The notes beneath the pieces were generated by a model. That model was not told the DNA's origin, did no database searches, and saw only the letters and a program-made list of their open reading frames with translations. 64,000 nt of DNA from Syntrophales bacterium (GTDB taxonomy: Bacteria; Desulfobacterota; Syntrophia; Syntrophales; UBA2210), in the NCBI GenBank assembly GCA_963662405.2, contig CAXXKT010000001.1, forward strand, positions 1,952,001-2,016,000. Direction: 5' to 3'. Numbering within the stretch: position 1 is the first letter of the stretch; the number at the start of each line of letters is the position of its first letter. Positions 9,075 to 18,709 of the stretch are shown here, piece after piece. A program made the translations under genes and the position numbers.

Positions 9075-10385
9075 GGTCATACGGCCTTCTTCCCGGCCTC
9101 TTACCAGCTCTGCCTTTTCCCCGGTGAACCGTTCCCACCGCTTCACGATCACGTCGCAGTAGACGGGTGTCTTCTCCATCGTGTTGCAGACACGTCCCAT
9201 CTGCTCGCACGCCATCAGGGTCGTTCCGGATCCTCCGAACCCGTCCAGGACGAGTATGTCAGGGCTGTTCGGCGTGCTGTTCCGGATCATCCTGCCCACC
9301 AGGGGAACGGGTTTCTGCGTGGGATGGAGGGGGTTCCGGGATTGGCGGTCCTCTCGCAGAACGGTGGCGGCCTCGCATCGCCGCATCTCCTTCACCAGTT
9401 CCACGAGCTCCGCGCGTTTCATCCGGGAGATGTCCGCCTCCTCGTCGATCACGGTCGTCAGTGAGTAGTCCATACAGAAGTAATGGGCCCGCCCCGGCTT
9501 CCATCCGTACAGGATGGGCTCATGTTTCCAGTTGTAGTCCTGCCGGCCGAGAACGGCGCCGTTCTTGACCCAGATCAGGCACTGCTTGAGGAGAAACCCC
9601 GCCTCGATGACGGCGCTCCGGAAGGCCAACCCCCCGATGTCGGAATGGGAGACGTAAAAGCAACTGCCCTCCCGGGTGTGGGTGTAGATGTTGCGGAAGG
9701 CGGCTGTGATCATCTCCCGGAACCGTTCAGGGGGAAGGTTGTCGTTCTCAATGCCCTCCCCGCGGTCGTTGTGATAGTCGACGTTGTAGGGGGGATCCGT
9801 CCAGACCAGATCGGCGAGGCGACCCTCCATCAGACTGGCCATCGCGCCGGCGTCGCTGCTGTCGCCGCAGAAGAGGCGGTGCCTCCCCAGGAGGTAGAGG
9901 TCCCCCGGACGGGTGATGGGTTCGGTGATTTTTGCGACCTCGGTTTCGGCATCGAAGCCGTCTTCCCGCGGTTCGGTCTCTTCCGCCCTCGGCATGATCT
10001 CCGCGATCTCTTCCGCGTCGAACCCGGTGAGGCTGACGTCGATCTCCACGGCCTCAAGTTCGACAAGCAGATCGCGGAGCCGGTCGAGGTCCCATTCGCC
10101 GCTGATCTTGTTGAGGGCGATATTGAGGGCCTTCTCCTTTTCCTCGGGGAGATCGACAACGGAGACTTCGGCCTCTGTCCAGCCGAGGTCCCGCATGACG
10201 GTCAGTCGCTGATGACCGCCGACGAGGCGCCCGGTCCGCACGTTCCAGATCAGGGGATCCACACAGCCGAATTCCTCCAGCGAGCGGCGGAGCTTCTCGT
10301 ATTCCCGGTCACCGCTGCTCAATGCCTTGCGCGGGTTGTAGTCCGCCGCGGTCAGATCACTCAGTTTCATGGTACTGAATTTCAT
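9060..10385 (-). CDS. ParB-like N-terminal domain fused to N4/N6 DNA methyltransferase
   Basis: ADYNPRK, LVGGHQR; TDPPYN, HPTQKP, DGFGGSGTT. Confidence 0.93.
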   Translation of the reverse strand: MKFSTMKLSDLTAADYNPRKALSSGDREYEKLRRSLEEFGCVDPLIWNVRTGRLVGGHQRLTVMRDLGWTEAEVSVVDLPEEKEKALNIALNKISGEWDLDRLRDLLVELEAVEIDVSLTGFDAEEIAEIMPRAEETEPREDGFDAETEVAKITEPITRPGDLYLLGRHRLFCGDSSDAGAMASLMEGRLADLVWTDPPYNVDYHNDRGEGIENDNLPPERFREMITAAFRNIYTHTREGSCFYVSHSDIGGLAFRSAVIEAGFLLKQCLIWVKNGAVLGRQDYNWKHEPILYGWKPGRAHYFCMDYSLTTVIDEEADISRMKRAELVELVKEMRRCEAATVLREDRQSRNPLHPTQKPVPLVGRMIRNSTPNSPDILVLDGFGGSGTTLMACEQMGRVCNTMEKTPVYCDVIVKRWERFTGEKAELVRGREEGRMTDGLY

Positions 10386-10394
10386 GGTGCCTCC

Positions 10395-10838
10395 CTATTC
10401 CACCTGCTTCGATATGGCCCGGAGCTTTCCCAGGGCACGGAACTTGATCTCCCACAGCCTCACCGTCTCGGGGCTGATCTTCAAAATCCCGGCAATCTCC
10501 CGGGGGGAAATCCCGAAATGCAAAAAGACGGCAAGGAGGAGGACTTCGCTGTAGGTCATGTGACACCCGGCCAGGAAGGAACCCGTGAGGGCTGTAAAGA
10601 ACTTCCCGCATTGCCGGCAGCACACCCGTTTCCCTTCCCAGAATCTCTGCAACGCCTTTCCCGCTATCTCACCCCGGCACTCCGGGCAGCGGACGGGTCC
10701 TCTCCCGTGGATCGTCCCGAGGATCCATGCCCTGCAGGCGTCCTCATCCAAAAACCCCGCCTGAAATGACGCGGCAACATCGATCGGGACGAAAACGTTT
10801 CGCCTTATGCATTTCTCTTTATTTGCTTTAATTTCCAT
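10395..10838 (-). CDS. Zinc-ribbon plus HTH protein resembling the IS1595 transposase N-terminus, no DDE domain
   Basis: FLDEDACRAW, CPEC, CRQCGKFFTALTGS, GISPREIAGILKISPETVRLW. Confidence 0.75.
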   Translation of the reverse strand: MEIKANKEKCIRRNVFVPIDVAASFQAGFLDEDACRAWILGTIHGRGPVRCPECRGEIAGKALQRFWEGKRVCCRQCGKFFTALTGSFLAGCHMTYSEVLLLAVFLHFGISPREIAGILKISPETVRLWEIKFRALGKLRAISKQVE

Positions 10839-10884
10839 CGGTTCCGTTTTTCCATGCAGTTTTTATTCAACAAGTAGTGAAGAG

Positions 10885-10931
10885 CCGGGGTGCTCCGTCT
10901 CCGTGTCCAAGGATTCCCTCAGGAAGGACCC
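10885..10931 (-). other. Putative cos packaging site (cosQ plus cosN)
   Basis: GGGTCCT, a 23-nt spacer ending ACG, then GAGACGGAGCAC CCCGG; same geometry as lambda GGGTCCT-N23(ACG)-GGGCGGCGACCT CGCGG. Confidence 0.65.
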
Positions 10932-11299
10932 GCTCGAGGGTCTCCTGTTCTGATGAAGGGAAGGAGATCGCCACGGGAGATGAGTTCGTTCAGATCGTCA
11001 CGGGCTTCCTCCAAGAGATCGCAGAGATTCTGGGCGGCGGTCCACCGAGCGGTGCCGATGTCGTCCCTAGTCATGGCCGGTTCGAAGTGGAGGCGGAAGC
11101 CGTCCCTCTCCCGGTAGATGGAAAAGCCCTTGTCCCGGTTCATCTTCATATACTCCGCCAGTCTCATCACCGCCGGGCGGTGCGTCCAGGGTGATGGATA
11201 TGCGTTTGTCCTGTTCGTCGGGGATCCCGTTGTTTCTTGTGTCTGTGTTTCTTCTTTTCCCGTCTGTGACTGGTACTTTTTGAAGTCGATTATTGGCAT
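10919..11299 (-). CDS. Hypothetical phage protein
   Basis: ATG (MPIIDFKKY) preceded by GGAGG; the upstream part of the long ORF only crosses the origin repeats. Confidence 0.65.
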   Translation of the reverse strand: MPIIDFKKYQSQTGKEETQTQETTGSPTNRTNAYPSPWTHRPAVMRLAEYMKMNRDKGFSIYRERDGFRLHFEPAMTRDDIGTARWTAAQNLCDLLEEARDDLNELISRGDLLPFIRTGDPRAGPS

Positions 11300-11369
11300 G
11301 ATTTCCTCCATAAACCGGCAAATCGCGATTTTGAACATCGCAGCATGTTGAAATTGCTTACGTATCCGG

Positions 11370-11690
11370 GTGGTCCAAGCTGGAATTGGCGAAACGAGTT
11401 GATATTGTTTGATTATTCGGAAAGTGGACCGGAAATGGACCGAAATGGTCCAAGCTAACTTTTTGATTTTATTGACTGGTCCAAGTGGTCCAAGTACTTT
11501 TCTATAAAATAGATTTATAAAATTGTAAGAAGTGTTCTCAACGCGCGCGCGCGCGTGCGCGCGCATGTGCAATATTTCAAAAAAGCTTGGACCACTTGGA
11601 CCACTTGGACCGGGCCGCGAAATCATTACGGTTTTTTCGGTGGTCAGGTTGGACCAGCCTGGACCACCTGGACCACCCTGCACCGTTTTC
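11370..11690. other. Putative replication origin: GGWCC iterons flanking an AT-rich and alternating purine-pyrimidine core
   Basis: About 12 GGACC/GGTCC units at 9-11 bp spacing in inverted clusters; directly downstream of the primase-helicase. Confidence 0.7.
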
Positions 11691-11805
11691 GCCGGTATTT
11701 TGACATACGGCCGCGTAAAATACTCGGGGGACGCGGGGGAAAACAGCGGTCTGGTACCGCACCGGAGGAAGCGATTCAAATGCTTTCTCTTGTTCATGGT
11801 CATAC

Positions 11806-14232
11806 TCATGTCTTCACCTTCAGTCCCACGCCGCGTATCACCCGTTTCCGTTCTCCGGAGATGCGGGGACGGTAGATCATGATGTTGTTCACGGCGTTCT
11901 CGAGCTCACGGAAGAAGTTGTTGTTCGACGTCGGCATGTACCCGTTCATCCCGCAGTACTGCCGGTACCGGCTGTAGATCTCGTCCTTGGCCACTTCCTC
12001 TTCACTGCCGGTGACGCACTCGTCCTCGACGAAGGAGAGGATCGGACTGTTCGATCTTCTGTAGGACATGATGAGGGCGCGGGTCTCCTCGCAGTCGGTG
12101 AACCGGCCCTTCTCCATCAGTCTCCTGAGCCCGCAGAGGGCCCAGTAGAAGATCTCCGACAGCTCTTCTTTGAGCTTGTCGAAGAGGTAGGGATCACGTT
12201 CGGGATCCCCCTCGAGGAACTGCCGCTTGAATCTGACCGGCAGGAACCGTTCGTACAGCGCATCGGAGGTGTCCTTGATGCGGGGCAGGATGTTCCCGGC
12301 GAATATCAGCTTGCAGTACGGGGCGAACTCGAAGTTGTCCCGGTGCTTGAAGGCGGCCTGGATGGGATCGCCGCTGGTGATCGCCTTGAAGTAGCTGCTC
12401 TCGATCGCCTGGCTCCCGATCTCCGTGGATATGTTCAGGAGCTTGTTGTAGAGCGACGACCGGGGGAACTCACGCTCCAGGTCCGGGAAGGAGACGGCGG
12501 AGCAGTTCCTCCCGCCCACCATCTCCCTGAGGAGCTTCATGAGCGTCGACTTCCCGTCCCGGCCCGGGCCGTAGAGGAAGAGGCACTTCTCGTAGCGTGC
12601 ATGGCGCGTCAGGATGTAGCCGGCGAACTCCTGGACCTGGTCGATAACCGCAGGGGTCCGGACAGTGGCGTCGAGATAGGCAAGGAACCGGTCGCACCGT
12701 TTCGGGGACGCCGGATCCAGGGATACGGGGAAGATGGTGGTGAAATAGTAGTCCGGATCGTGTTCCTTCATGTCGAAGGTGGTGATGTTCAGCATGCCGT
12801 TCTGCAGGCAGATCCAGTCCATCCGGTCGTTGACCTTCCGGCCGTGGGGCAGCGTGCAGAGCTTCCGCACCTGGTAGACGGCATCCTCGACCCGCGCCTT
12901 CTGTGATTCGGTGGCCAGGTGCCGTATGGCGGCGTTCTTCAGGTGGTCCTCGTCGAACTCTTCCCAGTACTTCCCGTTCCAGAGATAGATCAGCCCGGAC
13001 GCCGGGTCGGACATGAGCCGGTACTCCGCAAGAAGCCGCTCCGCCAGGAGGCGGGCCTTGAATGAGTAGCGGTGGTTGACGCCGTGTTCGAAGAACTCCT
13101 TCACAGACTCCAGATCGCCCGGGGGAGGATGCTCTCCTTCGGAAGAAGACGGCGTGGTCGACGTCGTTCCCCGGGTCTCGAACCGCGGCTTCTCCGCCGA
13201 TTCGACCAATATCTTGAAGTCGTCTGTTGTCTTTTGATGTCTGACGAAGAAGTCCGTCAGATCCTGGCCGTGATCGGCCGGAAAGCCCCCCTGCTCGTCT
13301 TTTCCCATGAAGCCGGGCCATTGTATGACCCGTACCGATTTTGCCGTGCCGACGAGCGCCTGGGCGGCGTACCGGGTGTACTTCTGTCCCGGGCGGTCGG
13401 CATCGTAGGCGATGACCACGTCCCGGTCCCTGAAGGCGTCCAGCTGGTCGTCGGGGAACGTCTTGAGCTTCGTTGTCTGGGTGATTGCGTTGAAACCGTG
13501 CGACAGGGCGCAGATCGTGTCGCTTTCGCCCTCGCAGAGGATGACCGTATCTTCGGGGTGCAGGGGGCGTGCCGGGAAGAGGCGCGACCGGCCGGTGGAC
13601 CGGGCGAAGGAGATGATCTTGTAGCGCTTCGCCCCCGGGCGGTAGAGCCTGATGTTGACCAGCTTACCCTCGCTGTCCCGTACGGGGACTGCCAGCCGGT
13701 CCGGGACCTTGATGGCCACCAGGGCGCCCTTCTTCGACAGGTAGTGCGTCTGGAGGCGGAGGTCGAGGATCTCCATCCATTTCCGTGACCATCCCCGTTC
13801 CTTCTCCATGCGGGCCAGGAGGCCTTCCGGAAGGGCCGGGAAGAGCTCCAGGGCGCGCTCCATCTGTTCGTTGACCATCGCCGGATCGAGGGGAGGTGTC
13901 TCTTTCTCCGATCGTTCTGCCGCAGCATTTTTTGCTCTCCCGGAGGAGTCGATCGGGATGTCGTAGGCCTCGCAGAAGGCCCTGAATCCCTCCTTCCGGC
14001 CGTAACCCTTCACCTCGGACCACAGCCTGATCAGGTCGCCGTCGGCGTTGCAGGAGAGGCACTTATAGACGTCTTTCTTGAAGTTGTACGAAAATGAGGG
14101 GTTCTTCTCGCCGTGGAGGGGACAGAGGCCGTGCAGTTCGCCCTTGGTCTCGTCGACGCTCGTGACGGTGAACAGCGTCCTTGCGATCTCCGCCCGGCGG
14201 GCTTCTCCCAGGTATTTTGCGGCAAGACCCAC
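11806..14232 (-). CDS. P4/D5-family primase-helicase (CHC2 zinc finger, TOPRIM, SF3 helicase)
   Basis: CPLHGEKNPS...CLSC, CEGESD, AYDAD, GPGRDGKST, KLIFAGN. Confidence 0.95.
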   Translation of the reverse strand: MGLAAKYLGEARRAEIARTLFTVTSVDETKGELHGLCPLHGEKNPSFSYNFKKDVYKCLSCNADGDLIRLWSEVKGYGRKEGFRAFCEAYDIPIDSSGRAKNAAAERSEKETPPLDPAMVNEQMERALELFPALPEGLLARMEKERGWSRKWMEILDLRLQTHYLSKKGALVAIKVPDRLAVPVRDSEGKLVNIRLYRPGAKRYKIISFARSTGRSRLFPARPLHPEDTVILCEGESDTICALSHGFNAITQTTKLKTFPDDQLDAFRDRDVVIAYDADRPGQKYTRYAAQALVGTAKSVRVIQWPGFMGKDEQGGFPADHGQDLTDFFVRHQKTTDDFKILVESAEKPRFETRGTTSTTPSSSEGEHPPPGDLESVKEFFEHGVNHRYSFKARLLAERLLAEYRLMSDPASGLIYLWNGKYWEEFDEDHLKNAAIRHLATESQKARVEDAVYQVRKLCTLPHGRKVNDRMDWICLQNGMLNITTFDMKEHDPDYYFTTIFPVSLDPASPKRCDRFLAYLDATVRTPAVIDQVQEFAGYILTRHARYEKCLFLYGPGRDGKSTLMKLLREMVGGRNCSAVSFPDLEREFPRSSLYNKLLNISTEIGSQAIESSYFKAITSGDPIQAAFKHRDNFEFAPYCKLIFAGNILPRIKDTSDALYERFLPVRFKRQFLEGDPERDPYLFDKLKEELSEIFYWALCGLRRLMEKGRFTDCEETRALIMSYRRSNSPILSFVEDECVTGSEEEVAKDEIYSRYRQYCGMNGYMPTSNNNFFRELENAVNNIMIYRPRISGERKRVIRGVGLKVKT

Positions 14233-14461
14233 TATAAAACCCCTTTTTCTCCTCCTGGAACAGCCCGAGTTCCCGCAGTCTTACCTTTCCCCTCAGAATC
14301 GGGGAAAATCGAAAATTGACGCTGAAACCGCCCCCCAACAACCACTTTCAAGGGTTTCCTCGCAAGGGACGCCCCTTTACTTGTCCCACAAGGGAGGGAT
14401 TCTTTCCCATACGATATGAATGGACCGGACAGGTTTCGATGAGACTCTTCAGCAGCGCGAA

Positions 14462-15682
14462 TCATAAAGACAATACCTCCTGCGCAAGGCGCTTTGTACC
14501 CATGTCGATGTACTCATCTTTCAATTCGATCATGACGGCTTTTCTCCCCAACTCCTTTGCCACATACGCCGTTGTCATCGATCCGCCGAACGGGTCAAGG
14601 ATCACATCACCAGGCATGCTTCCGGCTAGGATACATGGTTTGACAAGATCCGGAGGAAATGTTGCGAAGTGGGCTTCCTTATATGGCTGCGGGTTGATGA
14701 TAAAGGCCAGTGGATCACCGTCATCGTCCGTCAAAAGACCCTGCCATGATTCGAAGAACCAATCAGTGTTGCGTCTAGCCCGGAGAGTAACAACATCCTT
14801 TACCGCCGCCGAGAATGACGTGTTCTGTTTGTCCCTCCAGCCCGGTCCACGACCGAATTTAGATGACGTTCCGAGCTCCTGTTCTTTCCGGCCCGTATCT
14901 TTTGTCACATTGTGATCTATTGCCCTGTGAGATCCCGGGCCATTCATCCAACCGGAGACGGGCTTTTGAGCCTTCGGGTTGACGCCGGGCGGTACCATAT
15001 GCTCGAAGGATCGAGCGATTGTCTGTCCACCGGGACCGCCATCAGCATACTTGTGGTGATCTGATCTTCCTCGCCGCCCATACCGTGCGTGTGAATATGG
15101 TGATGCCATGATCTTTACCGATTCATGGTCGTAGAAGTATCGAGAGGACTTCGACAGGAGAAATATATATTCTATAAATTGAGCTGGTCTATCTTTACAG
15201 GATTCAGGCATCCCGTTTCTCTTCAGCCAGGGGCAGCACGAGCGTAACCACCAACCGTCTGCCTGGAGGGCCATAGCGACGCGGAAAGGTATCATGCATA
15301 GGTCTTTGGGCTTGAGTCCCAAAACACGATAATCTGATCGCGGGATGAGGGCATTATCTCTGCGACGTGATTGTGTGGTTGATCGCGCTCCTCCTCGTGC
15401 ATCGTTCCTGTTGCCGGCATACAAATCCCCCATATTCAGCCACAACGTGCCGTCTTTGTTCAAAACCCGGCGGACTTCACGGAAGATAGTCACTATCTTC
15501 TCAACATACTCTTGGGGTGTCTTTTCGAGGCCGATCTGACCCGCGACACCATAATCACGCAGTCCCCAGTACGGAGGCGAGGTTACGCAACACTGTACAT
15601 ATTCGTCCGGGAGGCTCCGGAGGATTTTGAGCGCGTCACCGTGATAGATCGTTATCCCTGCGTGGTCATAATAAGGCGTCAT
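14462..15682 (-). CDS. Orphan site-specific DNA methyltransferase (N4/N6 family)
   Basis: VTSPPYWGLRDY, AHFATFPPDL, DPFGGSMTT. Confidence 0.93.
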   Translation of the reverse strand: MTPYYDHAGITIYHGDALKILRSLPDEYVQCCVTSPPYWGLRDYGVAGQIGLEKTPQEYVEKIVTIFREVRRVLNKDGTLWLNMGDLYAGNRNDARGGARSTTQSRRRDNALIPRSDYRVLGLKPKDLCMIPFRVAMALQADGWWLRSCCPWLKRNGMPESCKDRPAQFIEYIFLLSKSSRYFYDHESVKIMASPYSHARYGRRGRSDHHKYADGGPGGQTIARSFEHMVPPGVNPKAQKPVSGWMNGPGSHRAIDHNVTKDTGRKEQELGTSSKFGRGPGWRDKQNTSFSAAVKDVVTLRARRNTDWFFESWQGLLTDDDGDPLAFIINPQPYKEAHFATFPPDLVKPCILAGSMPGDVILDPFGGSMTTAYVAKELGRKAVMIELKDEYIDMGTKRLAQEVLSL

Positions 15683-15689
15683 TCCCTCT

Positions 15690-15983
15690 TCAACCTCCCT
15701 CACACATCGACAAGGGGAGCAATTCAACCGACATGATCACCCATCCAACTCTCAGCCCGTACGCCGGGCCGGGCAGGATAAAGATGATCCGCACAAGCAT
15801 CTTCCGCCCGGTATATTCCAGTGGCTTTCCTTCTTTCATTTCCGCGCCGGTATACTTTGTCTCCCGCAGGAGGATCAAATCGCCCGCCTGATAATCCCGA
15901 TCGTTGTACCGGATCTCCCACTCCCTCAATCCCCGGTATGATGCCTCAAACATCTCCGGGTCCGTCTTTAATTCGTGTTTCAC
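15690..15983 (-). CDS. DUF3850 / ASCH-PUA-like phage protein
   Basis: HELKT...EIRYNDRDYQAGD.LLRE...YTGR. Confidence 0.8.
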   Translation of the reverse strand: MKHELKTDPEMFEASYRGLREWEIRYNDRDYQAGDLILLRETKYTGAEMKEGKPLEYTGRKMLVRIIFILPGPAYGLRVGWVIMSVELLPLSMCEGG

Positions 15984-16410
15984 TGTTTTGCTCCCTCATT
16001 CCTCCCGAATCATTGCGATCGAGATTCTGCAGGCCAAATATGAGCAGTGGAATATCTCTCCGGTGTATCGCTCCATGGGTTTGGGTATGCAGAAAGTTGA
16101 TGTTAATGACGTCACTGCCGTCCTCCAGTATCGCGAGGCGTATCTTCTCATGCATGTCCGTCCGGGAGTCCTTGTCGGGGAAACGTACTATGTGACCGTT
16201 CGCGGGATCGGGGGGTGAAACATCCCTGCCGGCAACAATGCGGTCGAACTCATCGCGCAAGCGTTGTTCCATTTCCCTTTTATCCGGAGGGCCGATGCGA
16301 ACCAGTATCAATTCATCCGGAGGCTCTTTCATGGGTGACTGTGCTCCTTTCCCGCAAGCGGCATTGTCCCGGCCGTCTGATCCCGCATCTTTTTCCCGTC
16401 TCATCGCCAC
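15946..16410 (-). CDS. Hypothetical phage protein (start uncertain)
   Basis: Fills the gap in the co-directional phage operon. Confidence 0.45.
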   Translation of the reverse strand: MAMRREKDAGSDGRDNAACGKGAQSPMKEPPDELILVRIGPPDKREMEQRLRDEFDRIVAGRDVSPPDPANGHIVRFPDKDSRTDMHEKIRLAILEDGSDVININFLHTQTHGAIHRRDIPLLIFGLQNLDRNDSGGMREQNSETRIKDGPGDV

Positions 16411-16412
16411 TT

Positions 16413-16796
16413 CTACCTCCCCAAAAACATAACTTCGCGGGTTTGATTTCCGAAGGACCTGGCCTCTTCAACGGTACCCATAAAGACATCAACTCTCTCG
16501 TGGAACCTTTTGTTCATCAAATCGTTGACCCTCCGGACACCAACACCATCAATATAAACCCGTCCGCCAAGCCAGTGCATCAGATCCCGGGACACGGCGC
16601 AGGTCCACCCGGCCACCGGGCCCTCCATGGTGGCGGTGTGTCCCGGATCGCTGTTCGTCTCGCATTGCCGGTTTGTGTATGCCGTGACCGTGGCGGTGAT
16701 CTCCTCGGTGGCGGAACCCCCCTTCACCTGGTGTATGACGTACACCTGGGAGGCTGCCAGGATCGCAATGAACAGGATGTTCCAGAAGAGTTTCAT
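16413..16796 (-). CDS. 3D-domain protein with N-terminal signal/TM segment
   Basis: TVTAYT...CAVSRDL...VNDLMNKRF..RVDVFM. Confidence 0.85.
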   Translation of the reverse strand: MKLFWNILFIAILAASQVYVIHQVKGGSATEEITATVTAYTNRQCETNSDPGHTATMEGPVAGWTCAVSRDLMHWLGGRVYIDGVGVRRVNDLMNKRFHERVDVFMGTVEEARSFGNQTREVMFLGR

Positions 16797-16847
16797 AGAT
16801 CGTCAACCTGCCGTGCAATAAGTCTTCGTTGTCCGTGCTAGCGGCTG

Positions 16848-17030
16848 TCATGGCGCATAAGCAATATTCCATGTCGGATGATACAATCGTGACGCCTTTT
16901 CCCCGTCAATCCGTATGCGAAGATAGGGGCCGCGTGTTCCGGTGATAACGCCGTGCCTGCCTTCACAGTTCACTCTTCCGCCACGTTTGGCGGGGACGCC
17001 ATAGGCTTTCCTGATATAATCCATGCTCAC
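16848..17030 (-). CDS. Hypothetical phage protein
   Basis: YIRKAYGVPAKRGGRV...YHPTW; coupled to the upstream ORF. Confidence 0.65.
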   Translation of the reverse strand: MSMDYIRKAYGVPAKRGGRVNCEGRHGVITGTRGPYLRIRIDGEKASRLYHPTWNIAYAP

Positions 17031-17464
17031 CGTGTCCCCTCCGACATATCCGCACAGTCTTTTCCCGTCTTGAAAATGATGTCCTGCAATCCTGACTCGA
17101 GGATGGTGATCGCCTCGCTTTCGATCATACGGCAGTTTATGCCTGCCGCCGTTTCCAAGGCCTTATAGATCTCAATATCCGGGCCCTGGAAAACGATGGT
17201 GATCTTTTTCCCGTCTCGGGCTTCTCTTATGGCTTCCTGGGCCTCGTTTGCCGCCTGTTCGGCTCTTTTGCTTTGAATTTCATCACATCGATCCTCGATG
17301 TCCTTACGCTCCTTGGCCAGGATCCGCTCTCGGACCTTCGCCAACGCCTTTTTTCGTTCCTCGTCTTCGAGACCCCTTGCAGCCTGGTAGCACGTGCCGC
17401 ACAGCCCCTTGGCCATGATCTTGATGTCTTTCCGTCCGCAATTCTCACACGTCCCTATCTTCAT
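17027..17464 (-). CDS. Hypothetical phage protein with N-terminal zinc finger
   Basis: CENC...CGTC; good RBS. Confidence 0.65.
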   Translation of the reverse strand: MKIGTCENCGRKDIKIMAKGLCGTCYQAARGLEDEERKKALAKVRERILAKERKDIEDRCDEIQSKRAEQAANEAQEAIREARDGKKITIVFQGPDIEIYKALETAAGINCRMIESEAITILESGLQDIIFKTGKDCADMSEGTR

Positions 17465-17488
17465 GGCGTCCTTCCCCCTTTTTCTCCT

Positions 17489-17710
17489 TCACCCTCCACG
17501 GCAAATCGCGGTTTGGCCATCCTGTTGTGCCTCGGTCCCAGATGCTTCCGACATGCCGCTTACCGCCGCGGCCAAATGGCTCTCCGATCTCCGCAAGTGA
17601 TCAAGGACCTGCTCATCGGGGTCGTGTCCGTCCCTCTCTCTATCGTTGATTCTCAACACCGCACGGCTGAGTTCCATCTGTGCACATCCCAGCTCTTCTC
17701 TCCAATGCAT
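17489..17710 (-). CDS. Hypothetical phage protein
   Basis: RBS ggggac; co-directional operon. Confidence 0.5.
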   Translation of the reverse strand: MHWREELGCAQMELSRAVLRINDRERDGHDPDEQVLDHLRRSESHLAAAVSGMSEASGTEAQQDGQTAICRGG

Positions 17711-17734
17711 TGCCTGGTCCCCTTGCTGTGTTAA

Positions 17735-18019
17735 TTATTTCTTCACCTCGGCATTCTCCCTTTCCAACAGTGGAAGATCCCGAGGGGAAAATGATGTTTT
17801 GTGCAATCTCCCTAATGCATCAACGTAGTCACACATCAATACAGGCTCTTGCACAAATCCGACTTCAACATTGCCGATGATAGTAGAGTGCCCGGTAACC
17901 AGCATAGTGATACCAAGGTATGTGAAGGATTCTCCCCGCTTCCTGAATGCCTCGAGCCTCTTGATTGCCTCTTCTTGCCAACTCGGTTTTTGTTCAGCTT
18001 TCTTCCTTTTCAACCACAT
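17735..18019 (-). CDS. Hypothetical phage protein
   Basis: RBS aggag; co-directional operon. Confidence 0.6.
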   Translation of the reverse strand: MWLKRKKAEQKPSWQEEAIKRLEAFRKRGESFTYLGITMLVTGHSTIIGNVEVGFVQEPVLMCDYVDALGRLHKTSFSPRDLPLLERENAEVKK

Positions 18020-18026
18020 ACTGTTA

Positions 18027-18248
18027 CTATTCTCCTCGCCGTGTCGTGATCCTCTGTATGTTCTGTGTCCCCAACCATTCTTCTCGCAGATGGTCCCGCT
18101 CTCCCTAGAGGATATAAAGCAGCATCAGGAACGCCCCCATCAGCATCACCAAAAAGGCGACGCATCCGAGCATGCGCCGCCAGTTGCTTCGAGGATCCGG
18201 CATTTCCAGCTTCACAAAATAGCCTGATACCTTCGCAATGACTTCCAT
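18027..18248 (-). pseudogene. Small membrane protein with a TAG at 18105-18107 (either a 47-aa gene or an interrupted longer gene)
   Basis: MEVIAKV...MLGCVAFLVMLMGAFLMLLYIL*GERDHLREE...RRGE*; RBS ggag; frame stays open to just before the next gene. Confidence 0.4.
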
Positions 18249-18262
18249 GGTGTCTCCCTTTC

Positions 18263-18463
18263 TCATGTGTAGAGCTCACGCCGGGGAATCCCGTTGTCCG
18301 CGTCAAACTTCCCCTGATCCCAGGCCAGCGACATTTCCGGGGAGGAAAACAGGGTGAAGTGGCAGTTCCCCTCGTTCGGGCCCTGCTTTCCGCAGTCGTA
18401 CCCCGCGTTGTATGCTTCCTCCAGGGTCCGGCGTTTCGGTATGATTTCTGAAAGTGTCATCAC
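18263..18463 (-). CDS. Hypothetical phage protein
   Basis: AYNAGYDCG...AWDQG; RBS gagg. Confidence 0.55.
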   Translation of the reverse strand: MMTLSEIIPKRRTLEEAYNAGYDCGKQGPNEGNCHFTLFSSPEMSLAWDQGKFDADNGIPRRELYT

Positions 18464-18493
18464 CGTCCTCTTCCTTCCGGGATGGTCCCGCTG

Positions 18494-18709
18494 TTATGAG
18501 TGTTTCTTAGACCCTCTGGCCGCGTCGGGTGGGTACGCTCCAGCCGGCGACTTTCCGCTTCCGTAATGCTTTTTCCTGAAATTGTGCACGATCCGATCGG
18601 CTTCGATCTTTGATTCGATCGGCGACTTCCTCCTCGTTTTGCCGAGGTTGAATGCATCAATGATCAGATCCAGCTTTTCATTCACTTCTTTGAACTGTTC
18701 ATTCGTCAT
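18494..18709 (-). CDS. Hypothetical phage protein
   Basis: ATG overlaps the upstream gene end. Confidence 0.55.
   Translation of the reverse strand: MTNEQFKEVNEKLDLIIDAFNLGKTRRKSPIESKIEADRIVHNFRKKHYGSGKSPAGAYPPDAARGSKKHS

Noticed and set aside
6789..10769. Long plus-strand ORFs 6789-7817 and 9483-10769
   Set aside because: Antisense shadows of terL and the methylase in GC-rich DNA; no motifs
11300..11809. N-terminal part of ORF 10919-11809 with GPxGPx collagen-like repeats
   Set aside because: The repeats are translated origin iterons; a better start with RBS lies at 11299
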